A DNA stretch of 64,000 nt from an uncultured Acidobacteriaceae bacterium (GCA_963780515.1 CAWACG010000006.1:8054-72053); one strand, 5' to 3'; shown: positions 52,036 to 61,321, counted from the stretch's first letter. Notes: generated by a model from the letters alone, not told the origin. Numbers and translations: made by a program.

Positions 52036-52473
52036 GGTTCCGTCTTCCGTCGCCGGTGCGGCTCTCCCAGTGTACGCAAACGCCCGCCTTCAGCGCCGCG
52101 CCATCGTGGCAAAGATAGGTCGAAATCTTCACCTGGCAACCCTTCCATGCCGGGGAAACGGTCGTCAACGCCTTGTAAGGCGTTCACGCGCGCGTCAGAA
52201 TCAAGCTCGCTCCGGTATTCCGTTGGACGAGCCACACCCTCCCCAGGCTGCACTCTGCCCCGCAAAATGCTGCGAACGCCACCCCGTTCCCTCTCTTCGT
52301 CCCATACGCAGACCGCCCCTCCATGGTTCCTGCCGCCGTCACAATCCGTTTTTTGTTCGCCGCCACAAGATTTTCGGGAACCTTTTCGCTTTTCCCGGAG
52401 TAGCATACAAAAGCACGCTTTTCCGTCCTGTCCTTTGATCGCATTTAGGTTAGCTAAACTCTCTGGAGGCTCG

Positions 52474-55400
52474 ATGATCCGCGCACATCTCCGTGCCGTG
52501 CTCGCTCTGCTTGCACCGGCCGTTTTCCTTCCTGTTCTTCTCGTTGCCCAAAGCGCCAACCCCCCGCTCCTGCTTCGTAATCCGTCCCTTTCGCAGGACA
52601 AAGTCGCGTTTCTCTACGCCGATGATGTGTGGACCGTCAGCCGCGAGGGCGGCGAGGCCGAGCGCCTCACCTCCAACGGGCATGTGGTCGCCGGCCCCTA
52701 CTTCTCACCCGACGGCACCGAGATCGCTTACACCGCGCACCTCCACGGCAACTACGACGTCTACGTCGCTCCCACCGAGGGTGGCGTCCCCCGCCGCATC
52801 ACCTGGCACCCCGCCGGCAGTCGCGTCGTCGGCTGGTCGCCCGACGGAAAAAATGTGCTCATCACCGGCATGGAGGCCAGCTACCGCCATTTCCTCAAGC
52901 TCTTCCTCGTCCACGCCGACGGTTCAGGAATGCCCGAGCCGCTGCCCCTGCCCGCCGGTGAAGAGGGATCCTTCTCGCCCGATGGCAAATCGCTCGCCTA
53001 CGAGCCCGTGACACGAATCGAGCCCGCATGGAAGCGTTATAAGGGCGGCAACTTCACCAAGATCTGGATCGTGAACCTCAAGAACCTCGACCTCGTCGAG
53101 GTACCGCGCGAAAACTCCGTCGACTCCAACCCCGTCTGGGTCGGCGACTCGGTCTACTTCCTCTCCGACCGCAACGGGCCCGTCTCGCTCTTCCGCTACG
53201 ACATCGGCTCCAAACAGGTCGCCCAGGTCGAGCCCAACAACGGCTACGACCTCAAAACCTTCCAGGCCGGCCCCGGCGGAATCGTCTACGAGCAGTTCGG
53301 CTCCATCCACCTCATCGACACCGAAACCAAAGCCGACAAAACTCTCTCCATTCAGATTCACGGCGAACTCCCCAGCCTCGAACCGCATCTCGCAGGCGTC
53401 CGGCCCGACGAAATTCAGAACGCCGACCTCTCTCCCACCGGCGCGCGCGCCGTCTTCGAGGCCCACGGCGAAATCTTTACCGTCCCGGCTGAAAAAGGCG
53501 ACACCCGCAACCTCACCAACACGCCCGCCACCGCCGAGCGCAATCCCTCCTGGAGTCCCGACGGAAAAACCATCGCCTACTTCTCTGACGCTTCCGGCGA
53601 GTACCAGCTCTACCTCCACGACCAGACCGGCTTCAAGCCGCCCGTTGTCATCGACCTCGGACCCGATCCCAGCTTCTTCTACAACCCCGTCTGGTCGCCC
53701 GACTCCAAACACATTGCCTACGCTGACAAGCACCTGCACCTGTGGGTCATCGATGTCCCCGCCGGGCCGCCCGCCCCAGCGCCCAAGCCCGTTCTCGTCG
53801 ATACCGCCATCTACGGCGGCTTCGGCGCTTCCTACGGCCAGGTCTGGTCGCCCGATTCCAAGTGGATCGCCTATAACCGGGACCTCGACAATCAGCTCCA
53901 CGGCATCTTCCTCTACTCAATGGACACCCACAAGTCCACCCAGATCACCGACGGCATGAGCGATACAACAAGCCCCGCCTTTGATCACAACGGCAAGTAC
54001 CTCTACTTCATTGAGTCCACCAACGACGGACCCTCCAACGCCGGCATCGATCTCTCCTCCCTCGACCGAGCCGTAACCACCGCTCCCTATGTGGTGGTAC
54101 TCGCCAAGGACGGCGCTTCGCCCATCCCGCCCGAAAGCGACGATGAAAAAATCAAGGATGAAAAGAAGGACGAGGACAAGAAGGACGCCGACGACCAGAA
54201 GAAGGACGCCAAGGACGACAAATCTTCGAAAGACGACAAGTCCGCGAAGAAAGATGAGGCTAGAGACGCCGAAAAGGAAAAGGACAAGGAGACCAGCAAG
54301 GATCCCGGCACCGACAAAGATAAGGACAAGCCCGTCAAAGTCACCGTCGACCTCGATGGCATCGGCAACCGCATCCTCTCTCTGCCCATTCCACCTCGCA
54401 ACTACGGCGCCATCTTTACCGGCAAGGCCGGCGTCCTCTACCTCGCAGAAGGTTCGCCCTTCGGCCGCTCCTCCGATGAGGGCGGCGGTCCCGGCATTCG
54501 CGCCCTCTGGCAGTTCACGCTGGAAAAACGCGAGCCTCAAACCGTGCTCACCGACATCGACGCCTTCACTGTCTCCGCTGACGGCTCAAAGGTGCTCTAT
54601 GGCCGCAAGGGCGGATGGACCATCGCCCCCGCCGACGACCTGAAGCCCGGCAACAACAGTCCTGGCAAACCACTCAACATGGGCGAGATGCAAACCACTA
54701 TCGACCCGCGCGCCGAGTGGAAACAAATGTTCGACGAAACCTGGCGCATTGAGCGCGACTTCTTCTACGACCCCAACATCCAGGGCCTCAGCATTCCCAA
54801 AGTCGAGGCCCGCTACAGGCCCTACCTCGCAGGGCTCGCCTCGCGCTCCGAGTTCACTTACCTCAACGTCGAAATGCTGGGCGAAATCCAGATAGGCCAC
54901 ATGTTCGTCGGCGGCCCCTTCATTCCCGATACCGCGCCAAAAACCGGCCTGCTCGGCGCCGACTACAAAATCGAGAACAACCGCTACCGCATCGCCAAAA
55001 TCCTCGGCGGCCAGAACTGGACACCCGGTCTTGCTTCGCCGCTCACTCTACCCGGCGTTTACGTTAAGGAAGGCGAGTACCTGCTCGCCGTCAATGGCCG
55101 CGATCTGCATGCCACTGACAACCTCTACGAAGCCTTCGACGGTACCGCCGGCAAGCAGACCGTGCTTCACGTCGGTCCCAACCCCGACGGCAAAGATGCG
55201 CGCGATGTCACCGTCGTCCCCATCGCCGATGAGGACGGCCTGCGCAACATTGACTGGGTCGAATCCAACCGGCGCAAGGTTGACGAACTCTCCGGCGGCA
55301 AAGTGGCCTATGTCTATATGCCCAACACCGGCGGCTCTGGCTACGACAGCTTCAACCGCTACTTCTACGCGCAGCTCGACAAGCAGGCCCTCGTCCTCGA

Positions 55401-55923
55401 CGAGCGCTGGAACGAGGGCGGCTTCATCGCCGACTACGTAGTTGACGTGCTCAAACGCTTCCCGCTTTCCGGAGCCATTGAGCGCGACGGCAAGCCCATC
55501 CACGATCCCGTGGGCGCCATCTTCGGCCCCAAGGTCATGCTCATCAATCAAAACGCCGGCTCCGGCGGCGACGCCATGCCCTGGTACTTCCGCAAGGCTG
55601 GCATCGGCAAGCTCATCGGCACCCGCACCTGGGGCGGACTCGTCGGCATCGGCGGCTACCCATCCCTGCTCGACGGTGGTTACGTCATGGCCCCGCGCTA
55701 TGCCATCTACGGCCTGCACGGCGATTGGGAGGTCGAGGGCCACGGCGTCGCCCCCGACATCGATGTCGACCTGCTGCCCAAGGATGTCGCCGCGGGCCAC
55801 GACGAGCAACTCGAAACCGGCGTAAAAACCGTCCTCGACGAGCTCAAGGCCAACCCCATCCCGGCAATACCCGTTCCGCCTTACCCCGTCTACCACAAGA
55901 CCGACGGCCTCGGGAAAAACTAG
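52474..55923 (+). CDS. tricorn protease homolog (S41) with Lys/Asp-rich linker
   Basis: Propeller repeats, PDZ domain, AGSGGD (catalytic Ser), GTRTWGG and EGHGVAPD; GGAGG SD. Confidence 0.93.
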   Translation: MIRAHLRAVLALLAPAVFLPVLLVAQSANPPLLLRNPSLSQDKVAFLYADDVWTVSREGGEAERLTSNGHVVAGPYFSPDGTEIAYTAHLHGNYDVYVAPTEGGVPRRITWHPAGSRVVGWSPDGKNVLITGMEASYRHFLKLFLVHADGSGMPEPLPLPAGEEGSFSPDGKSLAYEPVTRIEPAWKRYKGGNFTKIWIVNLKNLDLVEVPRENSVDSNPVWVGDSVYFLSDRNGPVSLFRYDIGSKQVAQVEPNNGYDLKTFQAGPGGIVYEQFGSIHLIDTETKADKTLSIQIHGELPSLEPHLAGVRPDEIQNADLSPTGARAVFEAHGEIFTVPAEKGDTRNLTNTPATAERNPSWSPDGKTIAYFSDASGEYQLYLHDQTGFKPPVVIDLGPDPSFFYNPVWSPDSKHIAYADKHLHLWVIDVPAGPPAPAPKPVLVDTAIYGGFGASYGQVWSPDSKWIAYNRDLDNQLHGIFLYSMDTHKSTQITDGMSDTTSPAFDHNGKYLYFIESTNDGPSNAGIDLSSLDRAVTTAPYVVVLAKDGASPIPPESDDEKIKDEKKDEDKKDADDQKKDAKDDKSSKDDKSAKKDEARDAEKEKDKETSKDPGTDKDKDKPVKVTVDLDGIGNRILSLPIPPRNYGAIFTGKAGVLYLAEGSPFGRSSDEGGGPGIRALWQFTLEKREPQTVLTDIDAFTVSADGSKVLYGRKGGWTIAPADDLKPGNNSPGKPLNMGEMQTTIDPRAEWKQMFDETWRIERDFFYDPNIQGLSIPKVEARYRPYLAGLASRSEFTYLNVEMLGEIQIGHMFVGGPFIPDTAPKTGLLGADYKIENNRYRIAKILGGQNWTPGLASPLTLPGVYVKEGEYLLAVNGRDLHATDNLYEAFDGTAGKQTVLHVGPNPDGKDARDVTVVPIADEDGLRNIDWVESNRRKVDELSGGKVAYVYMPNTGGSGYDSFNRYFYAQLDKQALVLDERWNEGGFIADYVVDVLKRFPLSGAIERDGKPIHDPVGAIFGPKVMLINQNAGSGGDAMPWYFRKAGIGKLIGTRTWGGLVGIGGYPSLLDGGYVMAPRYAIYGLHGDWEVEGHGVAPDIDVDLLPKDVAAGHDEQLETGVKTVLDELKANPIPAIPVPPYPVYHKTDGLGKN

Positions 55924-55941
55924 CTCGTCACAATCTCAAAC

Positions 55942-55985
55942 ATGAATGCCCCAAGTCTCAAACTGAGACTTGGGGCATTCATTTT
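55942..55985. terminator. perfect 19 bp stem terminator, REP-related
   Basis: ATGAATGCCCCAAGTCTCA-AAC-TGAGACTTGGGGCATTCAT followed by TTT. Confidence 0.75.
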
Positions 55986-55989
55986 GCCA

Positions 55990-56029
55990 GGTGCCCATCC
56001 TTGGATCGTTCTTTGATTCAAGGGTGGGA
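55990..56029. repeat. REP-like palindrome, GGTGCCC...GGGA class
   Basis: CCCATCCTTG / CAAGGGTGGG stem. Confidence 0.65.
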
Positions 56030-56039
56030 CATCCCCTCA

Positions 56040-56969
56040 TCAAATGACTTTTTTGTAAGAAGCTGCGGTCACGCGAATCCCCTCCGCATACGGCGTACCC
56101 GCGAACCCGTAGGCCCTCGCGAACTTCGAAGAATCAAAAATATACGGCGAATCGTTCTGGTAGAGCATCTCGTACACTTCGGCGACCACTGGATCGAACC
56201 AACCCACGACACGCACCATCGGCCTGTTCAGCACCCGATATTTCGGCGCCACGCCCATCTCCTTCGCGGCCAGGGCAATGAACTCTCTCCCGGTCGGTGC
56301 GCTCGCCGTGGTCGGCAGGTGCCAGGTCTGATTCCATGCGGACGGGCTTTCCGCAAGCGCTACCAGGCCTTGAGCCGCATCCAGGGTATACGTGTAGGAG
56401 TGGGGCAGGGAATCGTTGACCAGCCAGGACGCCCTCTGATTCTTGCTGAATGGCTCGAAGACCAGCGTATTCGGAATTCCATACTGCGCCCCCGGCCCGT
56501 AGAAATCAGCCGAGCGCGCAATCATCGCGGTCAGGCTTCCTGCCTTCCACGCGTCGACAAGCGACGATGCGATCTTCGCGCGCACCTCGCCTTTCCTGCT
56601 CGTCGGGTTGAAGGGCGTTTCCTCCGTCATTGGGCCATTCACTTTTCCGTACATGTACACATTGTCGAAAAAGATCAGCTTTGCTCCTGCGCGCTTGCAC
56701 GCTTCGATGGTGTTGGCCATGATGCGCGGCCACATCTCCGCCCACAGCTTGTGATCGTATTTCAGACCGGCCAGCATATACACCAAACTGGACCCTTCCA
56801 CCGCCCGCAGCGTTTGCTCCTTGTCGTAGAGGTCGGCGGCCATGACTTCCGCAGCGCCCGGCATTGAAACCGGGTGGCGGCTCACAAGCCTGAAAGGCTG
56901 TTTGCGCGCCGCGAGCAGTTTGGCCACTTCATTACTGGTCACTCCACCGGCACCGAGAATCGTAATCAT
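56040..56969 (-). CDS. NAD-dependent epimerase/dehydratase (atypical SDR)
   Basis: ITILGAGG, FFDNVYMYG and RSADFYGP motifs. Confidence 0.85.
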   Translation of the reverse strand: MITILGAGGVTSNEVAKLLAARKQPFRLVSRHPVSMPGAAEVMAADLYDKEQTLRAVEGSSLVYMLAGLKYDHKLWAEMWPRIMANTIEACKRAGAKLIFFDNVYMYGKVNGPMTEETPFNPTSRKGEVRAKIASSLVDAWKAGSLTAMIARSADFYGPGAQYGIPNTLVFEPFSKNQRASWLVNDSLPHSYTYTLDAAQGLVALAESPSAWNQTWHLPTTASAPTGREFIALAAKEMGVAPKYRVLNRPMVRVVGWFDPVVAEVYEMLYQNDSPYIFDSSKFARAYGFAGTPYAEGIRVTAASYKKVI

Positions 56970-56988
56970 GAAGGATTCCTCCTCCTCC

Positions 56989-57579
56989 TCACCGTCCCGA
57001 GCTCCCAAAACCCTTCTCCGCCCGCGCGGAATCTTCCAGGCTCTCCACCTCGACAACACGCCCCGTCAGCACCGGTACCGGAATCATCTGCGCAATCTTT
57101 TCCCCCGCCTTCAACTCCACCGCCGCCTCGCCCAGGTTCGTCATCAGCACCAGGACCTCGCCGCGGTACCCCGCATCAATCACCCCCGCAGTCGTCGCAA
57201 TGCCCCGCGCCGCCATCGACGACCGGTCCCGCACCAGCAGCCCTAGCGCAACCCCGGTTTCCGGATGCCGCGCCTCCACCGCAATTCCCGTCCGCACTCG
57301 AACCGTGGCACGCGGCCCCAGCACAACTCCTTCCAGCGCGAACAAATCGTAGCCCAAATCCTCGCCCGGATGCGCCACCACCGGAAGCCGGGCACCGAGG
57401 TCCAGCAATTTCACTCCCAGGCCGCAGCAGGACCGCTTCGGAACAACGGAAGTCGGAGTGCAAGTGGCCTTCGAAATCGACTTTTGATTGTCCGCAACCT
57501 TGAATTCCAGCCCGCCTTCCGCCAACGGATCTGGGAAAAGCAGTAGATTTTCTGATTGCGTTTTCTTGGATCGAGACAT
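56989..57579 (-). CDS. dut: dUTP diphosphatase (start uncertain; core begins ~57420)
   Basis: GYDL, RSS, GVIDAGYRGE, KIAQ and RAEKGFGSSG motifs. Confidence 0.9.
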   Translation of the reverse strand: MSRSKKTQSENLLLFPDPLAEGGLEFKVADNQKSISKATCTPTSVVPKRSCCGLGVKLLDLGARLPVVAHPGEDLGYDLFALEGVVLGPRATVRVRTGIAVEARHPETGVALGLLVRDRSSMAARGIATTAGVIDAGYRGEVLVLMTNLGEAAVELKAGEKIAQMIPVPVLTGRVVEVESLEDSARAEKGFGSSGR

Positions 57580-57758
57580 TGCATCTTCATCGTAAGAACC
57601 GAAATTGGGTGGGTCAATTGAAGCCACCCGGTTCTCGACCTGTTCTCCACAGCGAGATTCAAATAGACGTGGGAAACTAGCTCGAAATACGTGCTGCACC
57701 AGGGTGCCCATCTAGCTCCGCTCGAGTGGCGGCCCAACTCCCCAACGCGCCCGCGATC

Positions 57759-57800
57759 AGCTAAGAGCTAGGAGCTAGTAGCTAGAAGCTAGAAGCTAAA
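57759..57800. repeat. 7-bp tandem array (AGCTAGA-like x6)
   Basis: AGCTA at 57759, 57766, 57773, 57780, 57787 and 57794. Confidence 0.8.
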
Positions 57801-57811
57801 TGCCGCTCTCC

Positions 57812-57853
57812 AAAAATGGCCAGCCCCGGCTGGGGTTCTCCCAGCCGGGGCTG
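57812..57853 (-). terminator. rnpB intrinsic terminator
   Basis: 14 bp stem CAGCCCCGGCTGGG / CCCAGCCGGGGCTG with a T-tract shortly after on the minus strand. Confidence 0.75.
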
Positions 57854-57877
57854 TTCTTCGTTGCGTTGAAATTCGGC

Positions 57878-58397
57878 AAAAGGACCTATAAGCCGAATTC
57901 TGTTCCGGACCTGTTTCCAGGCCCTATGCGGTCATTCCTCTAGGTGCCGCGTTGCCGCGGACACTCATCAGCGACCTACCCGGAGGTTCCGGCAATTGCT
58001 CGAGCCGCCTTGCCGCATCGGGCCGATGCGCAGCGCATGCCTGGCTCTTGGCACGCGCTTCCCTCCCTATTTGGTCTTGCTCCGTGTGGGGTTTACCCTG
58101 CCCCGGCCTTTACAGGCGCGAGCGGTGCGCTCTTACCGCACCATTTCACCCTTACCCCAGCACTGGCGCCGCTCGCTGAATAAATTCAGCAGGTTGCTCC
58201 AGGGTCGCCCTCCATCGCCTCCGAAGAAGCAGGAAGGGGTAGCCGAGGCGGTATCTTTTCTGTGGCACTGGCCGTCTGTGGACCTTAAAGCCCACATCCC
58301 GGACGTTATCCGGCACACTGCCCTGCGGAGTTCGGACTTTCCTCCCCCGGACAACTCGCGCGAGCGAGCAATCCGGCAGCGACCGCCCGGTCCTCCT
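57878..58397 (-). ncRNA. rnpB: RNase P RNA, bacterial type A
   Basis: Minus strand reads GAGGAAAGTCCGAACTCC, AGTGCCACAGAAA, GTAAGGGTGAAATGGTGCGGTAAGAGCGCACC, GGTAAACCCCAC-CGGAGCAAG and ACAGAATTCGGCTTAT. P1 pairs GGAGGACC with GGTCCTTT. TAGACT -10 box at 58413-58408. Confidence 0.96.
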
Positions 58398-58523
58398 GCC
58401 AGTCCCTAGTCTACCCCGAAACCACCCTCCCTAACCGCAACCGATCCGCACCCAAGTTACCCCTTCGCGCCAAACCGCTCCGCGCCCCATTCGCGCAGCC
58501 CTGTCTCTACAATAAAGAGGAAG

Positions 58524-59339
58524 ATGATCCAGTACCTCTATCTCGGGCGCGTCGCCTACGACGACGCCTTGCGCCTGCAAGCTGAAGTCGCCGACCTCCG
58601 CCTGCACAGCCGCATCGAAAACATGCTCCTGCTGCTCGAGCACCCGCCCGTGCTCACCCTCGGCCGCAATGCCAACCGCTCCAACGTCCTCGCGTCCGAT
58701 GAGCTGCTGGCCCAACGCGGCGTCACCCTGCACGAAATCAACCGCGGAGGCGACGTCACCTACCACGGACCCGGTCAGCTCATCGGCTATCCCATCTTCG
58801 ACCTCCGCAGCCTCCAGAACACTAGCACCGGGGCCCCCGACGACAGGTCTTCGTCGTTGGGGAATAGGGGCGGCCGCCTCGGCCCCGTCGACTTCGTGCG
58901 CCTCATGGAGGAAGCCCTCATCCGCCTCTGCGGCGTCTATGGCGTCCGCGCCGGACGCATCCCCGGCCTCACCGGCGTCTGGTGCGGTCTTGCAGACGGC
59001 AGCTCTTTGGACGAGAGTCGTGGCGCAACCAATACGGGCCGCAAGATTGGCGCTATCGGCATCCACGTCTCGCGCGGTATCACCTCCCACGGCTTCGCCT
59101 TCAACGTCACCACAGACCTGCGCGACTTCCAGCTCATCAATCCCTGCGGCATCACCGACCGCCCCGTCACCAGCCTCGAATGCGAAGTGGCCAAGCCCGC
59201 CGATCTGCCCACCCTCGAATCCATCGCCCATCAGGCCGCCCGCCAATTTGGCCTCGTCTTCCGCCAGCAGGTCCTTGCAGTCGAGAACCTGCATGCGCTG
59301 CGCTCTCAAGCTGCCTCCACAATCCAGCTGCCGCCGTAG
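58524..59339 (+). CDS. lipB: lipoyl(octanoyl) transferase
   Basis: LLEHPPVLTLGR, RGGDVTYHGPGQL, KIGAIG, HGFAFN and INPCG motifs. Confidence 0.95.
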   Translation: MIQYLYLGRVAYDDALRLQAEVADLRLHSRIENMLLLLEHPPVLTLGRNANRSNVLASDELLAQRGVTLHEINRGGDVTYHGPGQLIGYPIFDLRSLQNTSTGAPDDRSSSLGNRGGRLGPVDFVRLMEEALIRLCGVYGVRAGRIPGLTGVWCGLADGSSLDESRGATNTGRKIGAIGIHVSRGITSHGFAFNVTTDLRDFQLINPCGITDRPVTSLECEVAKPADLPTLESIAHQAARQFGLVFRQQVLAVENLHALRSQAASTIQLPP

Positions 59340-59429
59340 GCGCAGTCGCCCGCACCGGAGGTGCCCGCCATTTATAATCCGGCAGGAACTGGAACATCTT
59401 CAGGTCCCGCATCGCGGAGTGAACGATCC

Positions 59430-61028
59430 ATGCCAACCGATGTCATCATGCCCCAGATGGGCGAATCGATCTTCGAGGGCACCATCACCAAGTGGTTCAA
59501 GCAGGCCGGCGATCACGTCGAAAAGGACGAGCCCCTCTTTGAAATCTCCACCGACAAAGTCGATGCCGAAATCCCGTCCCCCATCGCCGGCATTCTCTCC
59601 GAAATCAAATTTCCCGAAGGCGAAACCGTCCAGGTCAACACCGTAGTCGCCGTCATAGGAGGCAGCGACGCAAAGCCGACCGCAGCGCCGCAGGCGCAGT
59701 CGCCCGCACCGGGGGTGCCGGCGAAGGCGCAGTTGGCCCCACCGCAGGCGCACGAGGGAATCGAGATCGTCATGCCCCAAATGGGCGAGTCAATCTTCGA
59801 AGGCACCATCACCAAGTGGCTTAAAAAAGCCGGCGACCACGTCGAAAAAGACGAACCCCTCTTTGAAATCTCCACCGACAAAGTCGACGCTGAAATCCCT
59901 TCCCCCATTGCCGGCATTCTCACTGAAATCAAAATCCACGAAGGCGAGACCGTCCAGGTCAACACCGTAGTCGCCATCCTCGGCGACACCTCCGGTGCGA
60001 GTGACCACGCCTCCGGCGCAACGACACAAGAACAGTCTTCAGCACTGCCGAAAGTGGCAGCTCCTGCCGCACTCGCGTCAGGCGCGGCGAAGCCGCAGGT
60101 GGCCGCCGACAGCGAACGCAAGCGCTCCTCACCTCTCGTCCGCCGCATCGCCAAAGAAAATAACACCGACCTGCAGCAAGTCCCCGGCACCGGCTCCGAA
60201 GGCCGCATCACGAAAGACGACATCCTCCGCCACCTGAGCGAATCTCGCGCGGCGAAGCCGCAGTCACCCGCACCGGAGGTGCCGCCGAAGGCGCAGTTGG
60301 CCCCACCGCAGGTGGCGCAGATGAAAGGCGAGGTGGTCCCGCTCACCCGTATGCGCGCAATCATTGCCCAGCGCATGTCCGAGAGCAAGCGCATCAGCCC
60401 CCACGTCTACTCCGTCTACAAAATCGACATGACGCGCATCGCCCGTCTCCGCGAGCGCCAGAAGGCCGGCTTCGAACAGCGCAACGGCGTCAAGCTCACC
60501 TTCATGCCCTTCATCGCCGCGGCCGCCGTCGACGCGCTGCGCCGCTTCCCCATCCTCAACGCATCGCTCGTCGAAACCTCAATCCACTACCACGCGAATA
60601 TCAACCTTGGCATCGCCGTCGCTCTTGAATGGGGCCTCATCGTGCCCGTAGTCAAGCAGGCGGAGTCCGCCAGCTTCCTCGCCCTCGCTCGCGCCATCAA
60701 CGACCTCGCCGCGCGCGCCCGCTCCAAAAAGCTCCTGCCTGAGGAAGTCCAGGGTTCCACCTTCACCCTCACCAACTCCGGCGTCTTCGGCGGCGAATTC
60801 GGCACCCCCATCATCAATCAGCCCGAGTCGGCCATCCTCGCCATCGGCGGCCTGCGCAAGGAGCCGGTCGTCCTCACCGACGCCGAAGGGAACGACACCA
60901 TTGCCATCCGCGCCATGCAGACCTACTGCCTCGGCTTCGACCACCGCTTAATCGATGGCGCCGACGCCGGCAAATTCATGCTGGAATTCAAAAAATCCCT
61001 GGAGACCTGGGACCGCGAAATCGGGTAG
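59430..61028 (+). CDS. 2-oxoacid dehydrogenase E2 (SucB/DlaT-like) with two lipoyl domains
   Basis: Two EISTDKVDAEIPSP lipoyl domains, SPLVRRIA...GRITKDD E3-binding domain, and DHRLIDGA catalytic motif. Acyl specificity not assigned. Confidence 0.92.
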   Translation: MPTDVIMPQMGESIFEGTITKWFKQAGDHVEKDEPLFEISTDKVDAEIPSPIAGILSEIKFPEGETVQVNTVVAVIGGSDAKPTAAPQAQSPAPGVPAKAQLAPPQAHEGIEIVMPQMGESIFEGTITKWLKKAGDHVEKDEPLFEISTDKVDAEIPSPIAGILTEIKIHEGETVQVNTVVAILGDTSGASDHASGATTQEQSSALPKVAAPAALASGAAKPQVAADSERKRSSPLVRRIAKENNTDLQQVPGTGSEGRITKDDILRHLSESRAAKPQSPAPEVPPKAQLAPPQVAQMKGEVVPLTRMRAIIAQRMSESKRISPHVYSVYKIDMTRIARLRERQKAGFEQRNGVKLTFMPFIAAAAVDALRRFPILNASLVETSIHYHANINLGIAVALEWGLIVPVVKQAESASFLALARAINDLAARARSKKLLPEEVQGSTFTLTNSGVFGGEFGTPIINQPESAILAIGGLRKEPVVLTDAEGNDTIAIRAMQTYCLGFDHRLIDGADAGKFMLEFKKSLETWDREIG

Positions 61029-61037
61029 AGGGCCTGG

Positions 61038-61250
61038 CTACAGGAGCTTACGAAACTCTTCAACGCTGAGCCCGGAATCGCGGACAATACCGCCCATCGT
61101 GAAGGCGTTCACCGGATTGTGGCGCGGAATCGTCAGAATCCTCGAGCCATCCGTCATGACAATATGCGCACCCTGACGAAGAATGCGAAAGCCGGCCTTT
61201 TCCAGCGCGGCGACAGCTCTAAGATGGTTGATTCCGGAAATCTTCGGCAT
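61038..61250 (-). CDS. hicA: HicA-family toxin
   Basis: 70 aa; LEKAGF-RILRQGAH...LTIPRH. Confidence 0.85.
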   Translation of the reverse strand: MPKISGINHLRAVAALEKAGFRILRQGAHIVMTDGSRILTIPRHNPVNAFTMGGIVRDSGLSVEEFRKLL

Positions 61251-61321
61251 TTGAAGGTACTGCGACTAAATAAACAAGAAAGCTTCAATCCTTGGGGGAT
61301 AAGCGGGATCTCTATGATTCC

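Noticed and set aside
54136-54335. Lys/Asp-rich low-complexity stretch as a repeat element
   Set aside because: In-frame charged linker at a position where bacterial tricorn homologs commonly have one.
57944-58409. ORFs overlapping 57.9-58.4 kb
   Set aside because: The region is the RNase P RNA gene.
59430-59990. Near-identical ~230 bp duplication at the start of E2
   Set aside because: Ordinary tandem lipoyl domains.
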